The notes under the pieces: model-generated
Databases searched by the model: none
The model's input: the letters and a program-made list of their open reading frames with translations, nothing else
Told to the model about the DNA's origin: nothing
Shown: one piece after another, positions 37,040 through 50,171 of the stretch
How the letters are laid out: every line of letters starts with the position of its first letter
Position numbering within the stretch: the first letter of the stretch is position 1
From: Mobula hypostoma
Taxonomy: Eukaryota
Assembly (NCBI RefSeq): GCF_963921235.1
Contig: NC_086097.1
Location: forward strand, 157,110,001 to 157,174,000
Length of the DNA: 64,000 nt
Direction of reading: 5' to 3'
Translations under genes and position numbers: made by a program

Positions 37040-40000
37040 ATATAGAGTCATGGAGCCATAAATTCATAGTCATAGAACAATACAGCATAGAAACTGGCCA
37101 TTTGGCCCATCTAGTTCATACTGTCGACCTGAACCTGGATGATAGCCACCCCTCCCACCCCCAAATCCTGCCCATCATGTACCTATCCAAATTTCTTTTA
37201 TATGTTGAAATCAAACACGAATCCACCACTTCAGCTGGCAACTCGTTCCACCTCTCACCACCCTCATTTTCACCCTTAACCCATGACCTCTAGTTTGAAT
37301 CTCACACAACCTCAGCGGAAAAAGCCTGCTTGCATTTACCCTGTGTTTACCACTCATAATTTTATATACTGCTATCAAATCTCCCCACATTCTTCTACAC
37401 TCTAGAGTATAAAAATCTAACTTATTCAACCCTTCCTTACAGTTCAGGTTGTCAAATCCAGGGAACATCCTTTTAAATTTTCTCTGCAGTTTTCAATCTT
37501 ACTGATATCCTTCTTGTTAGTAGGATACCTACACTGCACCTATTTACCAACACTCCAAACTCAGACTCACCAATGTCTTATACAACTTCAACATTATATC
37601 CCAACTCATGTACTCAATAACACAAAAGATTCTGAAGAAGCTAGAAAACCAGAGCAACACACAAAATGTGGAAAATCTCAGCAGGTCAGGCAACACCTAT
37701 CCAAAAGAATAAATAGTCATTTTTTCAGGCCAAGACCCTTCTTCAAGATGGAAGGAGAAATCAATGTTCATGCCACTAGGTTGGAGACTACCAAAACGGA
37801 ATATGAGGTGTTGCTTCTCCATTTTGGTAGTGGCCTCGTCATGGCAAAATAGAAGGCCATGGATGAACATGTTGAAATGGGACTGGGGACAGGAATTAAA
37901 ATGGTTTGCCACTGTGAAATTCCACTTTAGGTGGATGGAGCAGAGGTGCTCCAAAAAGCACTCCACAAGTTTATATTGAATCTCATCAATGTAGTGGAGG
38001 CTAACACTGGGAGCACCAGATACAATCGACAACCCTGACAGATTTGCAGGTGAGGTGCTTCCTTCCCTGGAAGAACTGTTTGGGGCATTAAATAAAGAGG
38101 AGGGAGGAAGTGAATGGCCAGCTGTAGCATTTCCATCACTTGCAGGGATATGTGCAGGAGGAAGATGAGTGAAGAAGGACAAATGGACAAGGGAACCATG
38201 GAAAGAGCGATCCCAGTGGAAAGCTGAGAGCTGGGGGCAGGGGGTGGTGCAGAGGGATTAAAGATGTGTTTGGTAGTAGGATCCCATTGAAGATGGCAGA
38301 AGTTACAGAGAATGTAGTGTTGGATGAGATGGTACATGTTCTGGTTAATGAGAACTAGAGGAACTCTATCCCTGTTAAGGCGGCGGGAAGATGGGGTGAG
38401 CATGGATGTCTGGGAAATGAAGGAAATGCAGGTGAGGGCAGCATCAATGGTAGAGGAAGGGAAATCCCATTCTTTGAAGAAAGAGGATATCTCTGATCAG
38501 GTCTGGCAGCATCTATTGATGGGAATAAACAGTCAATGTTTCGGGCAGAGACCCTTCAACAGGAATAACAGAATGGAGCCGAGTTATGCGGATATGAGCT
38601 CAATGGGACAGGAGCAGGCAGAGACAATGGGCCTACCTGGAGAGTCAGGTATGTAGATCTTGGGTAGAAGGTACAAACGAGCAGTGCGGGGTAAAGGAAC
38701 AATGAGCTTGGTGGCAGTGGATGGGAGTTGTCCTGAGCTGATGAGGTCAGTGATGGTGTCAGAGACAATTTTCTAAACATCCAGATTGGGGTCCTTTTTA
38801 GGTAAGAGGAGGTATTTGAGAGTTGGCGCCTGGCCTCAACAAGGTAGAGGTCAATGCGGCACACCACAGAAGCACCCCATTTAACTGTAGATTTGATGGT
38901 AAAGTTGAGACTGGTGCAGAGAGAGTGGAGGGCAGTGTGTTCAGTGAGGGCAAGGTTTGAGGAGTAAAGAGGAGTGTTTAAGTCAAGCTGATTGATGTCT
39001 TGTTGGCGATAAGAGATGAAATGCTCCAGAGTCAGCAGAGAACCAGAGTAGGGTGCACAAGAAGAGAAAGAGAGTTGGAGTCTGGGAAAGCGGTCATCAG
39101 TGTGGGGTGGGTAATTCTTGCCAAAGAAGTGGTCTCAAAGACAGAGGTGACAGAAGAAGAGCTCAGCATCATGGTGGAACTCACTGAGCTGCAGTGAAGG
39201 GGGACAGAGTTAAGGCCCTTACTGAGGACAGAATGTTCCACCAGACAGAGAATGGTCAAAAGGAATAGTGAAGACATGGTGGTGGGATCAGAGGGGGACA
39301 AGCGAGTTGGTTGTGTCAGAGGAGGAGGGAGGGTTGGAGTGTACAGGGAAGGTAGGGTGAGAGAAAGATAGAGACTCTAAGAATACAAGAGGTGTCAGCA
39401 TAGCCCGTGAGACCTGGTGTTGGACAGTGGTTGTGGGTCAAGGGGGCCTGGGGGCTCAGCAACAGCGAGGAAGATCTTGGTCTGCAGGTGATAGTGACAG
39501 AGGTCCAGGCTGAAGCCAGAGCTAGAGGCCATGTAATTCATGGTCTCAAGATGTCCGGGGTCATTGGAACAGGAGTTGGTGGTAGTGGGAAGGTGTTTAG
39601 GGCTGTCAGAACTGGAGTTGGAGGAGGCAGGGTCTGTTGTGTGGAGCCACTCGGGGTCATTAGAGATGGTGTTGGAGAAGGTGGGATCTGCAGTCTGGGA
39701 ATGGGCAATCTTCCATTCCTTCCTGGATGTAAGGAAGGTGAAGAACCGGCCATTGAAGCATTGATCCAGCAGAGGATGAAATGTTGGAGAGGTCCATGGC
39801 AGGCAAAGGAAAGAGGCCTGGAGCTGTCGCAGAGACTAAGACAGGATACGTAAGTATCTGCTCATGGCAGAAAGGGTGGTGCATAGAATTTGGAGAAAGA
39901 AGCAGCAGGAGATGTAGTAAATTGAACAATTTCCTGGGATCTTCGGTGGTCCAAAATTAAGCCCAACCAGCCCATTTTCCCAGCTGGTCCAGACCTCCCT

Positions 40001-41345
40001 GTAGTCAATACTTTGATCTATGAAGGCCAATGTGCCAAAAGATCTCTTTATAAACCTATCTCCCTGTGACACCACTTTCAAGTAATAACAGATCTGTGTT
40101 CCCACTCCCCAATGTTATCCCACATTCTCAGTGTCCTGCTGCTCACTGTGTAAGTCATAACCTGGTTTGTCCTCTCCACATTTAACACCTCACACTTTGC
40201 TGCATTAAATTTTATCTGCCATTATTCAGTCCATTTTTCCAACTGGTCAACCTCCTCCCCCCCCCACCCCCGCGCCAACTTTGATAGTCATCCTCACTGT
40301 CCACTACACTCCCAGTCTTGGTGTCATCCACAAATTTGCTGATCCACTTTACCAGATTATCATCCTGATCATTGATGTAGATGACAAACAACAATGGACC
40401 CAGCACCGATCCTTGTGGCACTCCACTAGTTACAGGCCGCCAGTCGGAGAAGCAACCATGAGCTATTCCTGCAAAGCCAATGTCTAATCAAGTTTACTAC
40501 CACATCTTGAATGCCAGTTTTCTATTTGGGAAGACCATGCATAAGTCTATAAACACAATATCCACTGCCTTGCCTTCATCAACTTTACAACCTGTCCCAA
40601 TCCACACCTGCCAAATGCTTTCTGACATCATCAAAATTGGCCTTTCTCCAATATATAGTCTCAACACGAAGATCAGAACTATCCTTCTCCATAATCATCT
40701 TAAAACTAATGGCATTATGATCACTAGATGCAAAGTGTCCCCTACACAGACTTCTGTCACCTCCCTTGTCTCATTCTCTAATAGGAGATCTAGTACTGCA
40801 CTCTTTCCAGTTAAGAATTCTATACACTGATTAAGGAAACTTTCCTGAACACCTTTGACAAATTCTATCCCATCCAGTCTTTTTACAGTATGGGAATCCC
40901 AGTCAATAGGTGGAAAGTTAACATCACCTATTATCACAACCTTATGTTTCTTGGAACATGTCGAGGGATTGTTGGGTGTTCTATAATATAATCCCATTAA
41001 TGTGGTCATTTCTTATTCCTCAATTCCACCCATACAGCCTCAGTAGACAAGCTCTCCACTGTGTCCTGTCTGACATTTTCCCCAACTGCTAATGCCACCC
41101 CTCCCTCTTCAATCTCTCCTGCTCTATCATGTATATAACACTGGAAACCTTGAACACTGAGCTGCCAGTCCTGCCCCTCCTGCAACCAAGTCTTGCTAAT
41201 TACTACAATGTCATAATTCCATATACTGATCTATACTGCAAGCTTATCTGCTTTTTCTACAATACTGCTTGCATTGTAATATGCACAACTCAGAACATTT
41301 GTAACACTATGCTCAGTATTTCAATTCCTGACTTTGTATGTAGGC
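37040..41345 (-). mobile_element. CR1 LINE (APE-RT-3' end) split by a PLE at 37620-39999
   Basis: 37211..37468 C-terminus; 40212..40421 [18 protein letters not shown]; 40695..41009 APE. Confidence 0.85.
37620..39965 (-). mobile_element. Long PLE with internal deletions and an internal pLTR piece
   Basis: LSKGLN (39032..), RIDLYLVEARRQL, LPKI..PGRPIVS (RT N-terminus), GIY-YIG 37752-38050, pLTR 37620-37748; TSD TGTA(C/G)TCAATA at 37609-37619 and 40000-40010. Confidence 0.88.
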
Positions 41346-41734
41346 TTAACAACATCTTTCCCCAAAAATGTTGTTATTTTTCATCCAAAATAAACTCTTA
41401 TCTCACCTCCTCACACTTCAGTCTTGCCTTTGTTCTTTCCTTTTTTTAATTTCCCAGCCATGTAAGATGCATTGGAATGCTTTTCTATGAATAGAAAGAG
41501 AAGTATTATCACATCTCTTTAGTATTAAGAAACGTGTTTTTATGGGACATCTGAATATATAACGAAATACAAACAAAATGAAATTGCATATGAGACAGGC
41601 AAGGATTTACAGAAATCAAAAATACAGTTGTGGTTTATTCTCACACACTTAATGCTTATGGAAATTTTAAGACAATAATATCCAAGCAATCTTTGAAATA
41701 ATAAATCCAGTATGAAATATTAGGCTGGCCTGCA

Positions 41735-41960
41735 TTGGGACGATCAGCATGACTTTCTGCAGCAAAGATAGTGCATTCCATATTTGATCTTTTTTTTTGA
41801 GTTTACCAAGGAACTTCATGAAGGTAAGGTTATCAACATGGACTTCCAATAAGCCCCAAGTGGTATGTTATTTCAGGAGGTGAAGATGCTTGGGATCCAG
41901 GGTGAATATAAGGGCAAATTTTCAAAAATAGCAAATGATATAAAACCTAGGCAAGCCATT
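41735..41960 (+). mobile_element. Highly decayed CR1 RT fragment
   Basis: gatcagcatgacttt..acatggacttc..gggatccagggtga resembles QHGF..MDF..GIQG. Confidence 0.4.
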
Positions 41961-43598
41961 GGGATCAGGAAAAATCTTGTATCAGTATTAATATTGTGGT
42001 CCTGAGGTTGCGAATGAGACCAATGTGGACTCTTCCATGGATGGGCAGGGGATGGGGGGGAGCAAATAAGTAGCTTATGAAATGCTGTACACTCCCACCA
42101 TGCACATAGGACATCTGTATGTTCTTAGTTCACAATCTCACGCCATCCCGGCTACAGCTTTTAGGAGGATATTAACAAATGTCAGGGAGTCATAAGGCTA
42201 TGAGACCTTAAGAAATAGGATCAGAATTCGGCCATTTGGCCCATTGAGTCTGCTCCACCATTTAATCAAGGCTGATCCAATTTTTCTACTCAGCCCTAAT
42301 TTCCTGCCTCCCCCCAATATCCCATCATGCCCCGACTAATCACGAATCTATGAACCTCTGCCTTAAATATATATAAAGACTTTGCTCTACAGCTACCTGT
42401 AGCAAAGAATTCCACTGATTCACCACTCTTTGGCTAAAGAAATCGCTCCTCATCTCTGTTCTAAAAGGATGCCCCTCTATTCTGGGGCTGTTCCCTCTGG
42501 TCTTAGACACTTCCAATAAAGGAAACATTCTCTCCACATCCACTCTATCATGGCATCTTACCCGTCATCAAACGCTCTTCATATGACAAGCTTTTTATCC
42601 TGGAATAACTTTTGTGAACCTCCTTTGAAATCTCTCTGGTTTCAGCACATTCTTTCTAAGATAAGGGGCCCAAAACTGCTCACAATACTCCAGGTGAGGC
42701 CTCACCAGTGCTTCATAAAGACTCAACATTACACCCTTGCTTTTATATTCTAGATCTCATGAAATGAATGGTAACATCACATTTGCCTTCCTCACCACAG
42801 ACTCACCAGCAAATTAACCTTTAGAGAATCCTGCAAAAGGACTCCCAAATCCCATTGCACCTCAGATTTTTGTATTTTCTCTCCATTTAGAAAATAGTCA
42901 ACCCTTTCATTTCTTCTACCAAAGTGCATGACCATACACTTACCGACATTGTCTTCCATCTGCCATTTCTTTGGCCATTTCCCTAATCTGTCTAAGTCCC
43001 TCTGTAGCTTATTTCCTCAGAACTATTTTCTCCATCTATTTTCACATCATCTGCAATCTTTGCAACAAAACCATCAATTCCAACATCCAAATCATTGGCA
43101 TATAATGTAAAAAGAATCGATCCACACATACCCCTGTGGAATACCTGTAGTCGTTGCCGATCAACCAGAAAAGGCTCTCTTTTGCCTGACATTTTCCCAA
43201 CCACCGAGGTCAGACTAACAGGCCTATAGTTTCCTTTCTTCTGCCTCTCTCCGTTCTTGAAGAGTGGAGTGACAATTGCAATTTTCCAGTCTTCCAGAAC
43301 CATTCCAGAATCTTGTGATTCTTGAAAAATCACCACAATTTAATGCCACTACAATCTTTTCAGCCACCTCTTTCAGAACCCCAGGGTGTACACCATCTAG
43401 TCCAGGTGACTTACCTACCTTCAGACCTTCCAGTTTCCCAAGAGCCTTCTCCCTAGCAATGGTAACTTCACACACTTCATGACCCCTGAGACCCAGAACT
43501 TTCACCATACTGCTAATGTCTTCCACTGTGAACACTGATGCAAAATGCTTATTCAGTTTGTCCACCATTTCCTTCTCCTCCATTGTTAACTCTCCAGC

Positions 43599-43920
43599 CA
43601 CAAACAAGAGAAAATCTGCTGGAAATCCAAGCAACACACACAAAATGCTGGAGGGACTCAACAGGTCAGGCAGCATCTATGGAAAGGAGGACAGTCAATG
43701 TTTCAAGCTTCAGCAGGACTAGAAATTTTAAAAAATGAGGAGTAGATTTTAAAGGTGGGGGAGGGGAGGGAGAAACACAAGGAGATAGGTGAAACCTGGA
43801 CGGGGAGCGGTGAAGTACAGTGCTGGGGAGTTGATTAGTGGAAGACGTACAGGGGTGGAGAAGTGGAACTCTAATAGGAGAGGACAAAAGGCCATGCAAG
43901 AAAGAAAAGGTGGGAGGAGC
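43599..43920 (-). mobile_element. PLE pLTR + 3' UTR fragment
   Basis: aaacaagagaaaatctgctggaaatccaagcaacacac...cagcaggactag plus the purine-rich reverse of the UTR. Confidence 0.8.
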
Positions 43921-43980
43921 TACATCTACAGCATTGTTTTCCAGTGGTCCGATATCCACTCTCGCCTCTCTTTTACCCTT

Positions 43981-44293
43981 TATAGAACATAGAACATAGA
44001 ATAGTACAGCATAGTACAGGCCCTTTGGCCCACAATGTTGTGCCAACCCTCAAACCCTGCCTCCCGTATAAGCCCCCACCTTAAATTCCTCCATATACCT
44101 GTCTAGTCATCTCTTAAACTTCACTAATGTATCTGCCTCCACCACTGACTCAGGCAGTGCATTCCACGCACCAAGCACTCTCTGAGTAAAAAACCTTCTT
44201 CTAATATCCCCCTTGAACTTCCCACCCCTTACCTTAAGGCCATGTCCTCTTGTATTGAGCAGTGGTGCCCTGGGGAAGAGGCGCTGGCTATCC
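43981..44293 (-). mobile_element. Young 5'-truncated CR1 with (TTCTATG)n tail
   Basis: Near-identical by eye to 47168-47481; ORF 44107..44343. Confidence 0.9.
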
Positions 44294-44332
44294 AATGTAT
44301 CTGAAGAAACATTTGGTATCCTCTTTAATATT

Positions 44333-44541
44333 GCAACACACACAAAATGCTGGAGGAACCCAACAGGCCAGGCAGCATCTAAGAAAAAAGTACAGTCAAG
44401 CAGGACTGAAAGGTTTTGGCCTGAAATGTCGACTGTACACTTGTCCTAGATTCTGCCTGGCCTGGTGAGTTCCTCCATCATTTTGTGCGTATTGCTTGGA
44501 TTTCCAGCATCTGCAGCTTTTCTCTTGTTTGTGATTGGATT
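44333..44541. mobile_element. PLE pLTR fold-back mini-element with 12-bp TSD
   Basis: Inverted arms ~44333-44398 and ~44429-44495; TSD TCCTCTTTAATA at 44319-44330 and 44542-44553. Confidence 0.88.
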
Positions 44542-45761
44542 TCCTCTTTAATAATATTGGATAGCTTACTATCATATTCCACATTTACCTACTTAATGAC
44601 TTTTTTAGTTGCCTTCTGTTGGTATATAAAATCTTCCCATTCATCTAACTTCTGCTCATTTTTACTCTATTATATGCCCTTTCTTTGTCCTTTCTGTTGG
44701 CTTTGACTTCTTTTGTTAGCTATGATTATGTCATCTTTCCTTTAGAATACTTCTTTCTCTTTGAGATGCATATATCCCGTACTTTCCAAATTGCTTCCAG
44801 AAATTCCAGCCATTGCTGCTCTGGCATCATCCCTGCCAGTGTCCTTTTCCAATCAATTCTGGCCATCTCCTCTCTCATGCCTCTGTAATTTCCTTTACTC
44901 CACTGTAATACTGATACATCTGACTTTAGCATCTCCTCAAATTTCAGAGTGAATTTGATTATTTTATGATCACTGACACCCCGAGGGTTATTTTACCTTA
45001 AGGTTTCTGAACGATTCTGGTTCATTGCACAACACCCAATGCAGAATAGCTGATCCTCTAGTGGACTCAACCACAAGCTGCTCTGAAAAGTCATCTTGTA
45101 GGCACTCTAGAAACTCCCCTTCTTAGAATCCCACACCAACCTGATTTTCCAAAGCTACCTGCATATTGAAATCCTCCATGAATATTGTAACATCACCCTT
45201 TTGGCAGGCATTTTCTTTCTCCTATTGTAACTTATAGATCACATCCTTACTACCGTCTGGTGGTCTGTATATAACTCCCATCAAGATCTTTTTACCCTTG
45301 CAGTTCCTTCGCTCTATCCAGAATGATTCAACACCTTCTGGCCCTTTGTCACCACTTTCTAATGATTTCATTGCATTTTTACCAACACAGCCACACCACT
45401 GCCTCTGCCTCCCTGCCTATTCTTTCGATAAATGTGTATACTTGGACATTAAGCTCTGAGCATTAAACTTCTTTCAGCCATGATTCAGTGATGCCTACAA
45501 AATCGTATTTGCCAATCTGTAACTGTGCTACAAGTTCATAAACCAACTGAAGTAGTAGATTTTTAAAGACAGATGGAATAATACAAAATATTGCACATTG
45601 AAAATAAACTTGTAGATGCTACACATATCAATGTAATTTCAATGGTGATACAGGAACAAGACCTCCCATGTTCATACAAAAAAGTCTTTGATGTATAGGT
45701 GTCAATGATAAGCCAGTTTAAAAGCATAAAATACAACTTACTTCAAAAATAATTCAAAATA

Positions 45762-46373
45762 CACTCAGGGTCCAATTTATTAGGTATACCTGTATATATT
45801 AATGAGCAAATATACCTGTAGGTATATTTGCTTATTAATGCAAATATATAATCACCAATCATGCGGCAGCAACTCAATGCCTAAAAGCATGCATACTTGG
45901 TCAAGAGGTTCATTTGTTGTTTGGACCAATCATCAGAATGGGAAGGAAATGTAATCTAAGTGACTTTGGCCATGGAATGGTTTTTGGTGCAGTTGTAACC
46001 CTTCAGTTGGACCACTCAGCAGGCCAGGCAGCATCTATGGAAAAGAGTACCATCGACGTTTCACCCCGAAACATCATCTGTACACTTTTCTGTAGAGACT
46101 GCCTGGTCTGCTGAGTTCCTCTAAAAAATTTGTGTGTGTTACTTGTTCATGAAAGAGGGCAGATGAGAATGGTTAGACTTGTTCAAGCTGACAGGAAGGC
46201 AACAGAAACACAAAATTAGCAAACAATACAACAGTGATGAGCAGAAGAGTATCCCTGTAGGCACAGCACATTGAACCTTGAGGTGGAAGGGCTATGGCAG
46301 CAGAAGTGGTGAACGTGCACTCAGTGACCATTTTATTAGGTATAGAAGGGTCTTATAAAATTGCCATTGGGTG
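45762..46373 (+). mobile_element. Tc1-like DNA transposon deletion derivative
   Basis: TA-flanked TIRs cactcagggtccaatttattagg / cttataaaattgccattgggtg; transposase start MGRKCNLSDFGHGMVFGA. Confidence 0.8.
46014..46143. mobile_element. PLE pLTR fold-back mini-element inside the Tc1 element
   Basis: Arms 46014-46062 and 46068-46116 around a 5-nt loop (gtttc-acccc-gaaac). Confidence 0.8.
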
Positions 46374-47279
46374 TACATTGGCAAGGAAATTTCCTTAAGC
46401 ACTTACAACATACTTGGGGAATGTACCCTTTTACAAATATTTAACTGGTCCTTTACCCTCTACACCTGCATTTAAGGCCCACATTATTTTTTAAGAAGCA
46501 CATGTTCATGTTGCAAAAATGGCTTCAATGTAGTTTTATCAACTGGCATGTAAGATCTTACAGTGTAACCAGTCTTCTGTGCTCCATACTCATGGAGGAT
46601 TGCACACAGCTTTCAGATTTTACATACAGTATGTTTTTAATCATACAATACTTACAAATATTGTGTTATGCAATAGAACTTCTGCTTCTCGAACAATCTA
46701 CCAGAAGATTGAAGGCGGAGCTCGGGAGGGTTAACGGCAACTAACGGCGACTCCTTTGTTTGAATCTTCAGAAACAGTTCTATTTCCATCTTTAATATCT
46801 CTATTTTTCCCTTTCAGGGTTCTTCTGAAGACTCTGACCTGAAGTTACATGCTGACTACGGTTCTTTGTAGAAATGGGACCTGCTCTTGGGGTTCCAAAA
46901 CTGGTCGGTTTTCAGCACACCAAAGGCTCAGCCTAACAGTCCAGCTCGAATTCGGAAGCCTAGGATCTCTGGTCTCCGGAGATGGGCGAATCGAGAGTTG
47001 GTGTCATTGCAGGAGACCCATGTGTCGTCGGGGCAGTTGGGACATTTGCTGTGTGCCTGGAGACCCGGGATATTTTCGATCTTCGGGCCCAGAGCTCGAA
47101 AAGAGCGATGTAATGGACTTCTAACATTGTAAACCAGCGAGTTGTTTGTTATGTCTCCCTGCTTAATCATAGAACATAGAACATAGAATAATACAGCACA
47201 GTACAGGCCCTTCAGCCCACAATGTTGTGCTGACCCTCAAACCCTGCCTCCCATATAAGCCCCCACCTTAAATTCCTCC

Positions 47280-50171
47280 ATATACCTGTCTACAAGTCTC
47301 TTAAGCTTCACTAGTTAATCTGCCTCCACCACTGACTCAGGCAGTGCATTCCACGCACCAACCACTCTCTGAGTAAAAAACCTTCTTCTAATATCCCCCT
47401 TGAACTTCCCATCCCTTACCTTAAAGCCATGTCCTCTTCAATTGAGCAGTGGTGCCCTGGGGAAGAGGCGTTGGCTATCCACTCTATCTATTCCTCTTAT
47501 TATCTTGTACACCTCTATCATGTCTCCTCTCATCCTCTTTCTCTCCAAAGAGTAAAGCCCTAGCTCCCTTAATCTCTGATCATAATGCATACTCTTTAAA
47601 CCAGGCAGCATCCTGGTAAATTTCCTTTGTACCCTTTCCAATGTTTCCACATCCTTCCTATAGTGAGGCGACCAGAACTGGACACAGTACTCCAAGTGTG
47701 GCCTAACCAGAGTTTTATAGAGCTGCATCATTACATCACGACTCTTAGACTCTATCCCTCGACTTATGAAAGCTAACACCCCATAAGCTTTCTTAACTAC
47801 CCTATCCACCCGTGAGGCAACTTTCAGGGATCTATGGACGTGTACCCCCAGATCTCTCTGCTCCTCCACACCACCAAGTATCCTGCCATTTACTTTGTAC
47901 TCTGCCTAGGAGTTGTCCTTCCAAAGTGTACCACCTCACACTTCTCCGGGTTGAAATCCATCTGCCACTTCTCAGCCCACTTCTGCATCCTATCAATGTC
48001 TCTCTGCAATCTTTGACAATCCTCTACACTATCTACAACACCACCAACCTTTGTGTCGTCTGCAAACTTGCCAACCCACCCTTCTTCCCCTACATCCAGG
48101 TCGTTAATAAAAATCACGAAGAGTATAAGTCCCAGGACAGATCCTTGTGGGACACCACTAGTCACCACCCTCCAATCTGAATGTACTCCCACCACCACGA
48201 CTCTCTGCCTTCTGCAGGCAAACCAATTCTGAATCCATCTGGCCAAACTTCCCTGGATCCCATGCCTTCTAACTTTCTGAATAAGCCTACCGTGTGGAAC
48301 CTTGTCAAATGCCTTACTAAAATCCATATAGATCACATCCATTGCAGTACCCTCATCTATATGCCTGGTCACCTCCTCAAAGAACTCTATCAGGCTTGTT
48401 AGACATGATCTGCCCTTCACAAAGCCATGCTGACTGTCCCTGATCAGACCATGATTCTCTAAATGCCCAGAGATCCTATCTCTAAGAACCTTTTCCAACA
48501 GTTTTCCCACCACAGACGTAAGGCTCACTGGTCTATAATTACCCAGATTATCCCTACTACCTTTTTTGAACAAGGGGACAACAGTCGCCTCCCTCCAATC
48601 ATCTGGTACCATTCCCGTGGACAACGAGGACATAGAGATCCTAGCCATAGGCTCAGCAATCTCTTCACTCGCCTCGTGGAGCAGCCTGGGGAATATTCCG
48701 TCAGGCCCTGGAGACTTATCCATCCTAATGTATTTTATCAACTCCAACACTTCCTCTCCCTTAATATCAACATGCTCCAGAACATCAACCTCACTCATAT
48801 TGTCCTCACCATCATCAAGTTCTCTCTCATTTGTGAATACCGAAGAGAAGTATTCATTGAGGACCTCACTCACTTCCACAGCCTCCAGGCACATCTTCCC
48901 ACCTTTATCTCTAATCGGTCCTACCTTCACTCCTGTCATCCTTTTTTTCTTCACATAATTGAAGAATGCCTTGGGGTTTTCCTTTACCCTACTCGCCAAG
49001 GCCTTCTCATGCCCCCTTCTTGCTCTTCTCAGCCCCTTCCTAAGCTTCTTTCTTGCCTCCCTATATTCCTCAACAGACCCATCTAATCCCTGCTTCCTAA
49101 ACCTCATGTATGCTGCCTTCTTCCACCTGACTAGATTTTCCACCTCACTTGTCACCCATGGTTCCTTCACCCTACCGTTCTTTACCTTCCTCACCGGGAC
49201 AAATTTATCCCTAACATCTTGCAAGAGATCTCTAAACATCGACCACATGTCCATAGTACATTTCCCTGCAAAAACATCATCCTAATTCACAACCACAAGT
49301 TCTAGCCTTATAGCCTCATAATTTGCCCTTCCCCAATTAAAAATTTTCCTGTCTTCTCTGATTCTATCCTTTTCCATGATAATGCTAAAGGCCAGTGAGC
49401 GGTGGTCACTGTCCCCCAGATGCTCACCCACTGAGAGATCTGTGACCTGACCCGGTTCATTACCTAGTACTAGATCTAGTATGGCATTCCCCCTGGTCGG
49501 CCTGTCCACATACTGTGACAGGAATCCGTCCTGGACACACTTAACAAACTCTGCCCCATCTAAACCATTGGAACTAATCAGGTGCCAATCAATATTAGGG
49601 AAGTTAAAGTCACACATGATAACAACCCTGTTATTTTTGCATCTTTCCAAAACCTGCCTCCCAATCTGCTCCTCTGTATCTCTGCTGCTACCAGGGGACC
49701 TATAGAATGCCCCCAATAGAGTAACTGCTCCCTTCCTGTTCCTGACTTCCACCCATACTGACTCAAAAGAGGATCCTGATACATTACCCACCCTTCCTGT
49801 AGCTGTAATAGTATTATGACCAGTAATGCCACCCCTCCTCCCCTTTTTCTGCCCTCTCTATGCCTTTTAAAGCACTGAAATCCAGGAATATTGAGAATCC
49901 ATTCCTGCCCTGGTGCCAGCCAAGTCTCTGTAATGGCCACTACATCATAATTCCATGTATGTATCCAAAATCTCAGTTCATCACCTTTGCTCCTGATGCT
50001 TCTTGCATTGTGGTACACACATTTCAGCCCTTCTACCTTATTGTCTTTACACCCTTTATTCTGCTTCTCTTTCCTCAAAGCCTCTCTATATGTTAGATCT
50101 GGCTTTACTCCATGCACTTCTTTCACAGCTCTATCGCTCTGGGTCCCATCCCCCTTGCAAATTAGTTTAAA
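47280..50171 (-). pseudogene. CR1 ORF2 (APE endonuclease + RT) with a few frameshifts
   Basis: 49578..50126 NARSI..AITETWL; 49282..49791 DFNFP..LDLVL..SDH; 47890..49254 [31 protein letters not shown]; 47438..47869. Confidence 0.92.

Larger units (their letters stand above)
42200..45540 (-). mobile_element. CR1 LINE (APE-RT-3' end) carrying three nested insertions
   Basis: ORFs 42340..42543, 42992..43336 (DWKIA..PLFK..GNYRPVSLTSVVGK), 43224..43676, 44726..44932. Confidence 0.88.

Noticed and set aside
39407..39929. Gly- or Pro/Thr-rich ORFs as a host mucin-like gene
   Set aside because: They lie inside the TSD-bounded PLE, upstream of its RT
41995..42160. Possible RTE LINE 3' fragment
   Set aside because: Only vague resemblance, no translatable motif
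48463..49086. 207-aa + strand ORF and other long ORFs opposite CR1 (e.g. 50498..51091, 51949..52776)
   Set aside because: Antisense shadows of CR1 coding sequence with no independent motifs
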